A stretch of DNA of 64,000 nucleotides, from positions 3,936,001 through 4,000,000 of the forward strand of contig OY771506.1 in the NCBI GenBank assembly GCA_963674705.1. The letters are read 5' to 3'. Below the pieces are notes generated by a model. The model was not told the origin of the DNA and searched no databases. It saw nothing but the letters and a program-made list of their open reading frames with translations. Numbering within the stretch: position 1 is the stretch's first letter; every line of letters starts with the position of its first letter. Positions 27,346 to 37,032 of the stretch are shown one piece after another. The DNA comes from Phycisphaeraceae bacterium. Lineage in GTDB: Bacteria; Planctomycetota; Phycisphaerae; Phycisphaerales; Phycisphaeraceae. The position numbers and the translations under genes were made by a program.

Positions 27346-28008
27346 TCACACTACTCGCCGTCGTGTCAGTATCACCAGCAACCCAATCACCCCCAATCCT
27401 GCCGGCTCAGGCACAGAACTAACTTCTGAAGGCGGGGTACCCGCGTTCCAATTGTTCAGAACAATATCCAGATCGTCCAAGCCGACATAACCGTCTCCGC
27501 TCGGATCAGCAATGATTTGAGCATTGGGTACAGATTTATTCCAATTATTGAGGATGATGTCCAGATCGTTCAATCCAACGAAAGAGTCACCATCTAAATC
27601 GCCCGGCAGGAGGAACTCCCCCGAGCCGAAGTTGGCACTGAAGTCGACACACCAGACGGCAATCCCGTTGTAATCATCGAATACTTCGCCGTTCGGCAGA
27701 TCGTAAAACAGGGGGCCCTGCGTGCCGTCATATGCCGTACCCGTAAGAATCGGCAGGATGCCTAAACCATTGACATAGGCAGAGGCATGGTTTACCGCAC
27801 CGAGATAGAAGTACACCGCGGGGCCAAGGCCGTCGTATGTGAAGTTGTCAACTCTGAATGTATCTTCGTCCACAACGGTGACCGTCCCGCTGACGTTGTG
27901 GAAACGCGTGCTTAATTCCGCCACCGCCCCGGTTACCGCCGCATCAACCCGCTGACTGACTAACAACACAACCAACAGTATCCCTACCCATAGTTTGCGC
28001 TTCTTCAT
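27346..28008 (-). CDS. PEP-CTERM protein with DM13 domain and dockerin-like repeat pair
   Basis: Signal peptide; HNVSGTV, FTYDGLGP, AVWCVDFSANFG; two DG.VGL.DLDI.LNNWN repeats; VPEP-TM-RRR. Confidence 0.82.
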   Translation of the reverse strand: MKKRKLWVGILLVVLLVSQRVDAAVTGAVAELSTRFHNVSGTVTVVDEDTFRVDNFTYDGLGPAVYFYLGAVNHASAYVNGLGILPILTGTAYDGTQGPLFYDLPNGEVFDDYNGIAVWCVDFSANFGSGEFLLPGDLDGDSFVGLNDLDIILNNWNKSVPNAQIIADPSGDGYVGLDDLDIVLNNWNAGTPPSEVSSVPEPAGLGVIGLLVILTRRRVV

Positions 28009-28306
28009 GATTCCCGCCTTTTTAATGTGGACTCGTTCAATGTGCCTTTCCGATCGTATGGATTCCCCTGTAAGAGCAAGCGTTTTGTGTGCATTTAACA
28101 ATCTGATATTGGCCTGAAACGATAAAGAACTCACGTTTCCAGGCCTGCAATATCTACACCATACATATGCACTATCACTCAATGCCCGGTTTTATTCAGT
28201 CGAATTCATCAAACGAAGAAAAACATCCGTTGCTTAGAGCACTCGGGAATCATCAACTTCATACCAATGTGTATATTGATGTACAAAAGAGATGATAGAG
28301 AAGTAC

Positions 28307-28804
28307 TTACATCACAGATTTAGTCATAAAGACATCATCGATCTCAAACTCACCGATCTGGCGATGAATTGTCCCGGCATGCTCGAAGCCCATACGCTCA
28401 TAGGCCGCGATCGCATCGCTGTTGCCGGGGTAGACAGTCAACACAATATCGCCAAGCCCCGCTCCCCGCGTCCTTTCTTCCACAAACGCTAACGCCTGTC
28501 GTGCAAACCCTCGTCCGCGATAAGCTTTGAGGATGTACAACTTACTTAACAGCATGCGAGATGGGTCTTTCTCCTCGCAAAACGCAACGTACCCAACCGG
28601 GCTGTCATGACCATCAGGCTGAATCAGGTAATAATGATAACCTTGCCTGATCTGCTCACGCACCGCATACGCACTCTGCAATCGCTCGAGGATATGTTCC
28701 ACCGTCTCGCGGCCTATCAGTGGCGTAAAGTGACGCAGCCAGATCTTCCTTGCGAGTCTGGCAACCGTATCGATCTGTCTAGGCGTTTCTACAAGCTCAA
28801 ACAT
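28307..28804 (-). CDS. GNAT family N-acetyltransferase
   Basis: LSKLYI...RGRGFA and N..AIAAYERMGF. Confidence 0.9.
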   Translation of the reverse strand: MFELVETPRQIDTVARLARKIWLRHFTPLIGRETVEHILERLQSAYAVREQIRQGYHYYLIQPDGHDSPVGYVAFCEEKDPSRMLLSKLYILKAYRGRGFARQALAFVEERTRGAGLGDIVLTVYPGNSDAIAAYERMGFEHAGTIHRQIGEFEIDDVFMTKSVM

Positions 28805-28820
28805 GATTAAACATCAAGCG

Positions 28821-29897
28821 TTATAGGCTCAGAACATTGTGACGACGGCAAATACCGATGATCTGATCGATCGGCAACTCGGGCACGCTGTGCCCATCAC
28901 GGCCGGTCGTCGTCGTAGCCATGAATAGAGAATTAAACACGGCCTCTTCCGTTGCCTCAACGACCGCTTTAAATAGCGGGCTCATCCTGCTGTTCGGCAC
29001 AACTGCAACGGCTGGATCGAGTTTGTCATCATGTGTCGGCACACGGAAGCCGGTTGAAAAGGCGATCGCATAATCCCCCGAACCATTGGACATATACGAT
29101 CCTGTCCGCCCAAGCCCCAGCATGGTTCGTGCCGCCATGCGTTTGAGGTTGCGTGCACAAAGCGGCGCATCTGTAGCGACGATGATCATGCATGATCCGT
29201 CCGCTGAGGCCGGTGTCTTAGTGCGTTCCAGTTCACGCCCGACAGGCGCCCCAAGCAGCGTCATGTCTCCGCCGTAGTTCGTCTGAATGAGTACACCGAT
29301 GGTGTAACCGCCATCGGCTTCACTGAGTTTGCGTGACGAGGTGCCGATACCGCCTTTGTAGCTGAAACAAACGGTCCCCGTCCCAGCACCGACACAACCC
29401 TCTTGAATCGACCCGCTTTTGGCATCCTTGATTGCTGCCAATACATCCTCAACAGTCACACGCAGCATGCGGATATCATTCAGATACCCGTCGTTCGTTT
29501 CGCCAACAAGCGCATTGACCGACCGCACCTTTTCATTGCCCGGCAAATCAAGCGTGTATCGGATCAACGCTTCCATACCAGTAGACACGCTCAGCGTGCT
29601 CGTCAAGACGATGGGGGTTTCCAGCGTCCCCAGCTCTTCGACTTGTGTCGAACCCGCCAGTTTGCCGAAGCCGTTGCCGACGAACACCGCCGCGGGCACT
29701 TTCTTGCGATAGAGATTCCCATCATGTGGCAGAATCGCGGTGACGCCCGTGCGGATACGATCGCCCTCGATCAGCGTCCGGTGCCCGACTTTCACACCCG
29801 CCACATCCGTGATTGCATTCAAAGGCCCGGTCGGCACCGTTCCGAATCGCAGGCCGTAGGATCGTGCTCGTTGACGTGTGTTGGTTTCCGACGGCAT
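28821..29897 (-). CDS. dmpA: DmpA-like aminopeptidase (P1/S58 family)
   Basis: NAITDVAGVKVGH, NGFGK, GETNDG, GAGTG, KGGIGTSSR, DGS autocleavage site and SGD. Confidence 0.9.
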   Translation of the reverse strand: MPSETNTRQRARSYGLRFGTVPTGPLNAITDVAGVKVGHRTLIEGDRIRTGVTAILPHDGNLYRKKVPAAVFVGNGFGKLAGSTQVEELGTLETPIVLTSTLSVSTGMEALIRYTLDLPGNEKVRSVNALVGETNDGYLNDIRMLRVTVEDVLAAIKDAKSGSIQEGCVGAGTGTVCFSYKGGIGTSSRKLSEADGGYTIGVLIQTNYGGDMTLLGAPVGRELERTKTPASADGSCMIIVATDAPLCARNLKRMAARTMLGLGRTGSYMSNGSGDYAIAFSTGFRVPTHDDKLDPAVAVVPNSRMSPLFKAVVEATEEAVFNSLFMATTTTGRDGHSVPELPIDQIIGICRRHNVLSL

Positions 29898-30042
29898 TGA
29901 TTACTCTCCGGTACCAGGATCGTACATCATACAACGCTCGCCGAGTTTGACAGCTTGACCGCGAGCCCCCAAAGTGACGCACGATATTCATGTAATCGCA
30001 TCAGAGAGGAACCAGCACTCGCTTGTTCCGGAGAAAACTTAG

Positions 30043-31500
30043 ATGGCATTTGCAATCGGTCCGATCCTGCTGCTTGGGCTGCTGATCTCCTGGCTTGTAG
30101 CGACGATCACCCTGATCGTCCTCGGCTTCCGCGGTAAAGCCCAATGGTCCAGCCCGTACTGCATCGCCTGCAAATACGACCTGCGAGGCCGCGTCCCCGA
30201 AGACACGGTAACTTGCCCGGAATGCGGTGCCGACCTGACTCGCCCAAAGACGGTCGGTTTCGTCAGGCAAGGCAAACGCCCCATGCTGATCGTGTTTGGC
30301 GTGATCGTATTCATCCTGCCGTTTCTACTCTCGATCATTGCCTGGTTCTTCCTGTCCAGCACCCGTCCTATGGGGCCTTCCATACTCGCCAGTCAATCCA
30401 ACAGCACCGTTCTGACAAACGCACAAAGGAATATCAACCAGCCCTGGGCTTGGAACGAATTAGCCAAACGTATCACCAACGGCACGCTCACCGCCGCGGA
30501 ATCCGAACAGGCCCTCAATGACCTGACCGCGTACATCAAGGTGCAATATCCCACCGGCATGGATTCACCCCTCTCATGGCAGGACGGTTTCCTGAAAGCC
30601 GGATACCAGGCAGGCCACTTCAGCGACAAGGCCCTGACGGACTTCGCATTGGCCTACTACGGCGCAAAACCCACAATCCTCGGCATCCCAAGATTACCGC
30701 ACGATCAAACCCGTCTCTCTTTCAACGTGGAATTCGGCAACCACTGGGCACTTACCAACCATGGCGGCATCCCTGTCGAGCTTTTCTGGGTGATCGAGCG
30801 CGTTGAGATAGATGGCAATCCCGTCAAACTGGATAGCACAAACTCAACATCGAATAATCGTAATGTTTCCGTCGATGTCACATCACTAGCGCCCGGCGAA
30901 CATGAGCTGAAAGTTCAACTCAGCGCCGCGCTCATCGATGTTTCCAGCAACAATCCACTGGTGCCGCATCCGGACACCAAGAATCGCTGGCCCAACGCGA
31001 TGCATAGCTGGACCGCTACTGCGGATGCAAAATTGATCAAACTTTCGGAGAAAGACCAACCGGTGTCCTTGTCCACCGATCCCTCTCTAGCGCCGGGCCC
31101 TGATGACATCACGGTCAATTACATCCTGGCCCAGCCTGAGGGGAACCGATTGCACCTCAGCCTGGAATTAAAGGTTAAAGATGAATATATCGGAGCACTG
31201 AGCTGCGATGTTTCCCTGATGTTAAACGAGCAGGAACTCAAGCTGAGCCACATGATGTACATCGCAAGCGGGAGCGGCCGATCGTATGGCAATATGCGGC
31301 AAAATCTATACATCGATGGCCTGGACCCACAGATCAAGACCGCCGACGTCATCCTGACGCCCAATCCCCGCTACGTATATAGCCGCACCAACATCGAAGC
31401 GATCTGGGGCAAACCGATCACGATCAAGGATGTGCCGATCTACCGATATGACCTGCAGGAACAGGCTACCGATGATCCCGATCTGCCGACTCAAGATTAG
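30043..31500 (+). CDS. Membrane protein: TM, CxxC/CPECG zinc ribbon, TM, large soluble region
   Basis: CIACKYDLRG...CPECG between two hydrophobic helices; helical then beta-rich C-terminal part; GGAG RBS. Confidence 0.8.
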   Translation: MAFAIGPILLLGLLISWLVATITLIVLGFRGKAQWSSPYCIACKYDLRGRVPEDTVTCPECGADLTRPKTVGFVRQGKRPMLIVFGVIVFILPFLLSIIAWFFLSSTRPMGPSILASQSNSTVLTNAQRNINQPWAWNELAKRITNGTLTAAESEQALNDLTAYIKVQYPTGMDSPLSWQDGFLKAGYQAGHFSDKALTDFALAYYGAKPTILGIPRLPHDQTRLSFNVEFGNHWALTNHGGIPVELFWVIERVEIDGNPVKLDSTNSTSNNRNVSVDVTSLAPGEHELKVQLSAALIDVSSNNPLVPHPDTKNRWPNAMHSWTATADAKLIKLSEKDQPVSLSTDPSLAPGPDDITVNYILAQPEGNRLHLSLELKVKDEYIGALSCDVSLMLNEQELKLSHMMYIASGSGRSYGNMRQNLYIDGLDPQIKTADVILTPNPRYVYSRTNIEAIWGKPITIKDVPIYRYDLQEQATDDPDLPTQD

Positions 31501-31583
31501 TCTGTTGTTTATCACAATAGGCTGACATATTTCAGCACAGACTACGTCCACCCTCATATCGCCACGTTGCTATCATCTACCCC

Positions 31584-32117
31584 ATGCTCGATACCACGCT
31601 GTTAATCACGTTTTCGGTCCTGCTGCTGCTGGTCAACGCGGTGGGGGTGGTGCTGGTATTGCTCCAGCTTCCCGGCACGTGGCTGATGCTCGCGGCGACG
31701 GCTTTGATGGCGTGGTGGCGGTGGGATGGGCAGCTCTTTACCGTCTGGTGCCTGGGCACGCTCGTTGTCCTCGCGATCATCGGGGAGATCGTGGAGTTCA
31801 TGGGCTCGGCCGTGGGGGCGGCCAAGGAGAAGTCCTCCAAGCGAGCGATCGTGCTGTCGATCGTCGGTGGTGTGGGGGGGGCGTTAGTCGGCACAATCGC
31901 ACTGGCATTTATTCCCATCATCGGCACGCTCATCGGCGCGGTGGTCGGCAGCGGTGTGATGTCCATGCTCGGCGATCTCTGGGCCGGCCGGGAGCCGGAA
32001 GTGGCCTGGCGGGTCGGTAAAGGCGCAGCGATCGGGCGATTATGGGGCTCGGTCGGCAAGGTCTTCATCGCGGCGCTGATGTGGCTGGTCGTCGCGGTCG
32101 GTCTGGTCTGGGTCTGA
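31584..32117 (+). CDS. DUF456 family membrane protein
   Basis: LPGTWL, Gly-rich TM helices, IPIIGTLIGA and GAAIGRLWG. Confidence 0.82.
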   Translation: MLDTTLLITFSVLLLLVNAVGVVLVLLQLPGTWLMLAATALMAWWRWDGQLFTVWCLGTLVVLAIIGEIVEFMGSAVGAAKEKSSKRAIVLSIVGGVGGALVGTIALAFIPIIGTLIGAVVGSGVMSMLGDLWAGREPEVAWRVGKGAAIGRLWGSVGKVFIAALMWLVVAVGLVWV

Positions 32118-32282
32118 GAAAATCCCTGTAACGTGCGTCTAAACGCATCTGAACGGCATCAGCATTGCAATTTCGCAATAAACCGCCATAATTAACCGTC
32201 ATATAATATGTTGCATCGATAGCCGGGTGATTGGCCCAACAGCCTTATTGATACCGTTATCCCTCGTGTTGATTGCTGAACG

Positions 32283-33890
32283 ATGCTGAAGTTTCTGGTT
32301 TTTGACAACGGCCGACCGGCTGAAGAATGGCCGTTACGCAACGCCTACCTCGTAGGCGCTGACGGCAGCGCGATCCGTGCGGATATCACCACCGAGCGCG
32401 GCGCCATCATTTGTGAAAAACGTGAGTCCGGGCCGGCCGCCCTCTGCCTGCTGCATCCCATGGCAGACCTGGGTGAAATGTCCATCCAGACCTGTCTACT
32501 GCCCGAACGGATCGAACCCTACATCCTCACTATCGAACTGGCTCGTCATCGGATGATGACGCTCTACTCCAAGCTCGAAGAGTGGACCATGTTCGACCTT
32601 GAGCCGAACCACCCCGTCACCAAACGTGGCAACCAGGCCCGTGAGCACTTCATCCAATCGCTGTGCCTGCAGCAGGACGACCAGGTCAAAGCCTACGAAA
32701 CCGCCCAGCGTGCCCTGATGCTCGCGCTTGATGCCAGTGAGGAGCTGGCCCTGGCGCATTCCCGGCTGCTGCTGGATCGACGTGTCGCAACAGGGGCGCT
32801 TCCCAAGGCCCCGATAGGCTGCGGCGTCTGCCTGTCACATACCCACGAGAATCTGCGAACCGGTCTGGCGACCAACTTCGACTACATCCAGGTCCCCATG
32901 CCCTGGAAGCAGCTATCCCCGCATGAAGGCGACCAGAAGTGGGAGCAGACCGACGACTGGGTCAACTGGATCGCACGATCGAAGGTCCCCGCGGTCGTCG
33001 GGCCGTTGATCAGCTTCGAGCCCAGCAACCTGCCGGACTGGCTCTACATCTGGGAACATGATTACGACACGGCACGCGACATGGTCTATGAACACGTCGA
33101 GCGCGTCGTCGAACGATACAAGGACCGCATCAGCGTCTGGAACGTCGTGTCCGGCCTGCATGTCAACAGCCACTTCACGTTCAATTTTGAACAGCTCATG
33201 GACCTGACGCGCATGACAACCATGCTCGTCAAGAAGCTGCAATCCAATGCGAAGGTGCTCATCGAGTTGCGTCAGCCGTTCGGCGAGTATTACGCCAACA
33301 ACCAGCGCTCGATCCCGCCGTTGATGTATGCCGATCTGATCGTGCAATCCGGTATCCAGTTCGACGCTTTCTGCATGCGGTTGCTGATGGGCCAGGCTGT
33401 TTCCGGTCAGTACACGCGCGACCTGATGCAAATCAGTCAGCTTCTGGATCAGTTCTCCATCTTTGACAAACCGCTTCATCTGACGATCGCCTCGCCCAGT
33501 TCGACGGTGACGCAGATGATGATCCCGACCTCGGAGACCGGCGAACCGATCGATCCGGTCAGTGGCCATTGGCGCAGGCCCTGGTCACAGCAGGTTCAAA
33601 GCCACTGGCTCGAAGCCGTCATGCAGGTCGCGGCCAGCAAGCCTTACATCGATGGTATCGCCTGGCAGGAACTGGCGGATCATCCGGATGTGGAATTGCC
33701 GCTCAGCGGTTTGCTCGATGATGAATTCATCCCCAAGGGGTCGCTACGCCGGATCATCGGTTTCCGTCGCAGCATCCTGACAGGGGCCGGCAACACTACC
33801 CCGAAACCGCCGGTCTCCGCTCCGCCGACGCCCGGTATAGTTTCTGACCCCGACGACGTCGCGGAGGTCAACAACGGCGAAGGTATCTAA
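32283..33890 (+). CDS. GH10-like TIM-barrel protein with N-terminal extension, catalytic residues apparently absent
   Basis: LPDWL, HVERVVERYKDRISVWNVVSG (cf. WDVVNE), KPLHLT, GIAW and GLLD...PK. Confidence 0.72.
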   Translation: MLKFLVFDNGRPAEEWPLRNAYLVGADGSAIRADITTERGAIICEKRESGPAALCLLHPMADLGEMSIQTCLLPERIEPYILTIELARHRMMTLYSKLEEWTMFDLEPNHPVTKRGNQAREHFIQSLCLQQDDQVKAYETAQRALMLALDASEELALAHSRLLLDRRVATGALPKAPIGCGVCLSHTHENLRTGLATNFDYIQVPMPWKQLSPHEGDQKWEQTDDWVNWIARSKVPAVVGPLISFEPSNLPDWLYIWEHDYDTARDMVYEHVERVVERYKDRISVWNVVSGLHVNSHFTFNFEQLMDLTRMTTMLVKKLQSNAKVLIELRQPFGEYYANNQRSIPPLMYADLIVQSGIQFDAFCMRLLMGQAVSGQYTRDLMQISQLLDQFSIFDKPLHLTIASPSSTVTQMMIPTSETGEPIDPVSGHWRRPWSQQVQSHWLEAVMQVAASKPYIDGIAWQELADHPDVELPLSGLLDDEFIPKGSLRRIIGFRRSILTGAGNTTPKPPVSAPPTPGIVSDPDDVAEVNNGEGI

Positions 33891-33911
33891 ACGATCCAAC
33901 CGGACAAGCTC

Positions 33912-34244
33912 ATGTCCGCTTCAACTCAAGCCTACCTGATCCTGCTCGCAACGTTCCTGCTTGTTGTTATTGCTTGGTTCGCCTCGCACCCTCAACCTCG
34001 GGCAACCGCTCCGTATTCAGTTCAACCGCTTGCGACCAACCTGAAGATCAACGTCAATCAAGACGACGCCGCAACTCTCTCGCTCTTACCCGGCATCGGC
34101 CCCGGCATCGCCGAGCATATCATCGAAGCAAGACATCACGGTGCTGTGTTCCACTCGCCGCAGGACCTGGAAGAAGTGAAGTTCATCGGCCCGAAAACCA
34201 TCCAACGTATTGATTCCTGGGTCACTTACTCGACCTCCAAATAA
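33912..34244 (+). CDS. ComEA-like helix-hairpin-helix protein
   Basis: N-terminal TM; INVN, LPGIGP..A..II and L.EVKFIGPKT. Confidence 0.88.
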   Translation: MSASTQAYLILLATFLLVVIAWFASHPQPRATAPYSVQPLATNLKINVNQDDAATLSLLPGIGPGIAEHIIEARHHGAVFHSPQDLEEVKFIGPKTIQRIDSWVTYSTSK

Positions 34245-34398
34245 ACAACAATGTTGCGCGATATTAACGGCAGGTTGCGCATTCTTATCGTCAGACTTGG
34301 TGTACGATGTCTGCGAATGAAATTGCCATGTGCTTCGCTAGTGATGTAAACCGACATTTATCGAGCAGACATTTTCCACTCAATCTGGGAACCGTAAC

Positions 34399-35820
34399 AT
34401 GGGGGTACAACCAGCCGCCATAGTGCCATCTGCATCATCCTCTCGGCTTGTTGCTTTGGATTACTTCCGAGGGCTGACCATGGCCGCCATGCTGCTGGTC
34501 AACAATCCCGGCAACCGTCCCACCACCTACGGCCCGCTGCTGCATTCACACTGGAACGGCTGCACGCCCACGGACCTGATCTTCCCGTTTTTCTTGTTTA
34601 TCGTCGGCGCGGTGATTCCACTGGCCCTGACCCGCAGCGGTAACACGCTAACCAAACGCACGCAGTTCAATCATATCGCGACGCGGAGCCTTGCTTTGTT
34701 GCTGCTCGGTTCTTTCTTTTATGCCATCCCCAAACCAGCAGCAGCAGGCCCGTCGGCAGGAACGCTGATGAGTGTACTGCGTGTGGGGAGCAGCATGTTC
34801 TTGATCGCCGCATTCATTCTGCTTCTGTACCCCTGGAAACGTCGCCGCCTGACTTTAGCAATGCCGGTGATAGTCGCGGTTGTGTACGTCGTTTTGATCT
34901 CGATCATCTGGAACGTCAACAACCATGCGATAAGCAGCGGGGCAATCGGCGCCGACTACAACTTCGGCGGCGGCATGTGGGACCCGGCACATCAACGCTG
35001 GACAGGCATCCTCCAACGCATCGCGATCTGTTACTTCGTCACGGCCACACTTGTGTTATGCGTCGGATGGCGAAGCGTGGCTACGATCAGCGGTATGATC
35101 CTTACAGGCTATGCGCTTGTGGTTCTGGCCGTTCCCCATCCTTCACTCGTGCACCCGGATCAGATGGTATGCGGCGCACTCGATGCTGAGGACAACCTGG
35201 CCCGATACATCGACACAAATTTACTCGGTCCGCACCTTCGCCAACCGCTGGAAACCACCGGCCTGTTCGCCACTATCCCCGCCATCGCCAACACCATGCT
35301 GGGCGCGCTGATAGGTTACTGGCTGTTGACCGACAAGTCCCCAAACGAAAAATGTGCAGGCATGCTGGCTTTCGGCGTGCTGCTGGCTTTGACAGGCTAC
35401 GTACTCGATCCGCTTCTCATGCCGATGAACAAAGTGCTCTGGTCGTCGACTTATGTCCTGTACTCGGCAGGCCTGGCGATGCTCGGTCTTGGCACGTTCT
35501 ACTTTCTCAGCAACATTCATGACATTCATCGGCCGTTTGTCCCGCTGAAGTGGTTCGGTATGAACGCCATCCTCGCATACTGCATCGACCAGGTCGGTGG
35601 CACTTTGTTGGAGATTATTCCCTGTCACGGCTGGAGCGATCCGACCCAAACCACAACACTTGCCCGCTACCTGCGTGACGCCGTCGGCACACTCGGCCAA
35701 TACTGGCCTATAGGCGACCCGGCAAAGAACGCATCTTTGGCCTACGCCATCACATGGGTCATCGCCTGCGGCCTGATCCTCTGGATGCTGCACCGCCGCC
35801 GTATCTATCTGAAAATCTGA
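34399..35820 (+). CDS. HGSNAT/NagX-like (DUF5009) membrane acyltransferase
   Basis: RLVALDYFRG, VNNPG, HSHWNGCTPTDLIFPFFLFIVG, GILQRIA, NKVLWS and FGMNAI. Confidence 0.87.
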   Translation: MGVQPAAIVPSASSSRLVALDYFRGLTMAAMLLVNNPGNRPTTYGPLLHSHWNGCTPTDLIFPFFLFIVGAVIPLALTRSGNTLTKRTQFNHIATRSLALLLLGSFFYAIPKPAAAGPSAGTLMSVLRVGSSMFLIAAFILLLYPWKRRRLTLAMPVIVAVVYVVLISIIWNVNNHAISSGAIGADYNFGGGMWDPAHQRWTGILQRIAICYFVTATLVLCVGWRSVATISGMILTGYALVVLAVPHPSLVHPDQMVCGALDAEDNLARYIDTNLLGPHLRQPLETTGLFATIPAIANTMLGALIGYWLLTDKSPNEKCAGMLAFGVLLALTGYVLDPLLMPMNKVLWSSTYVLYSAGLAMLGLGTFYFLSNIHDIHRPFVPLKWFGMNAILAYCIDQVGGTLLEIIPCHGWSDPTQTTTLARYLRDAVGTLGQYWPIGDPAKNASLAYAITWVIACGLILWMLHRRRIYLKI

Positions 35821-35962
35821 CCAACCATATAGCCAGACGATCATGGTCGGGTCTGAGTTTTTTATTGATAAAAGTCGATCCAAGAACATCGACTCGCCAT
35901 AATGGCCCGCAGTATCATGCTTGCAAGATCCCTGCCTAGCTACACTTAAACAAATATTTGTA

Positions 35963-35990
35963 TTGCACCTCACGGTGAATCTGATACAAT
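35963..35990 (+). promoter_or_regulatory. Putative sigma70 promoter of the PEP-CTERM gene
   Basis: TTGCAC-N16-TACAAT with an extended -10 TG, in an AT-rich intergenic region. Confidence 0.5.
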
Positions 35991-36088
35991 CTGCTGAATC
36001 CTAAATACCGTTCTTAGTCCGGCGGCTCGTATTTTTTATACTCGCGATGCCGACTCCAGAAACGAATCGGCGTTGGTTGGAGGATTGA

Positions 36089-36931
36089 ATGTTGCGTTCT
36101 CTTGGCCGATTTTGCCTGACATCACTCCTGCTTACTCCGATATTTTGCTGTAACACGGCCCGCGCCGAACTGCTCTACGGTGTTCTTGATGGTTATGTGC
36201 TGGTGACCATCGATACGGATACACGCGCCGGTAATGTCGTCGGTACGCTGGGCGGTTTTTATGATGTGGGTGGCCTGACATTCGACAACAACGGCATCTT
36301 GTACGGCGTTTCTTCAGAAGGCCGATTACTTACGATCAACACCACCAATGGACATGGGACGCTTGTCGGCAACATCCCCGATCTACTGAGCTACTCCACC
36401 GGCCTGGCAAATGATCCCACCACCGACATGCTCTACGGGATCACCGCAGAAGGGGCGAGTGTCAGCAGCTATCTCGTCAAATACTCAAAAGCCAATGCCG
36501 CGGTCACGCCGATCGGTGATACTTCCGCCATTGCGATTGTCGGCCTGTCCTTCGATGCTACCGGCCAGCTATGGGGGATCGACGGCAGACCCGGTAACGA
36601 AGAACTGATCAAGATCAACAAGAACACCGGCGATTCAGCCGTGATCGGAACCGGCGGGCTTAGCGATTTGCCTTACATCGGCTCGCTCGCGATCGGAAAC
36701 GACGGCACGTTCTATGCCATCCATAACGGTGATGACGATCTGGAACTAGTTACCATTGATCCGGCTACCGGGACCCCGACCGTCCAAGGCGTAATCACCG
36801 GATTGGATATCGTTACCACCTATCAGGACATCGTCGGCCTGGCAGCAGCACCAATCCCCGAGCCCACCGCTGCAAGCCTTCTACTTTTGGGTAGCGTTGC
36901 CTGTTTGAGACGCAACACTCGACGTGCTTGA
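36089..36931 (+). CDS. PEP-CTERM protein with beta-propeller-like repeats
   Basis: Signal peptide; about five repeats of GL.FD..G.LYG...L..I...TG; IPEP-TM-RR. Confidence 0.82.
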   Translation: MLRSLGRFCLTSLLLTPIFCCNTARAELLYGVLDGYVLVTIDTDTRAGNVVGTLGGFYDVGGLTFDNNGILYGVSSEGRLLTINTTNGHGTLVGNIPDLLSYSTGLANDPTTDMLYGITAEGASVSSYLVKYSKANAAVTPIGDTSAIAIVGLSFDATGQLWGIDGRPGNEELIKINKNTGDSAVIGTGGLSDLPYIGSLAIGNDGTFYAIHNGDDDLELVTIDPATGTPTVQGVITGLDIVTTYQDIVGLAAAPIPEPTAASLLLLGSVACLRRNTRRA

Positions 36932-37032
36932 ATCAACCACTACCAACCCGCATATCCACATGCGCTAAATCAAGCGGGGCACAGTAGCACTACGTGCGAA
37001 CAAACCTGTAAACGGATTGGCAACAACCCGGA

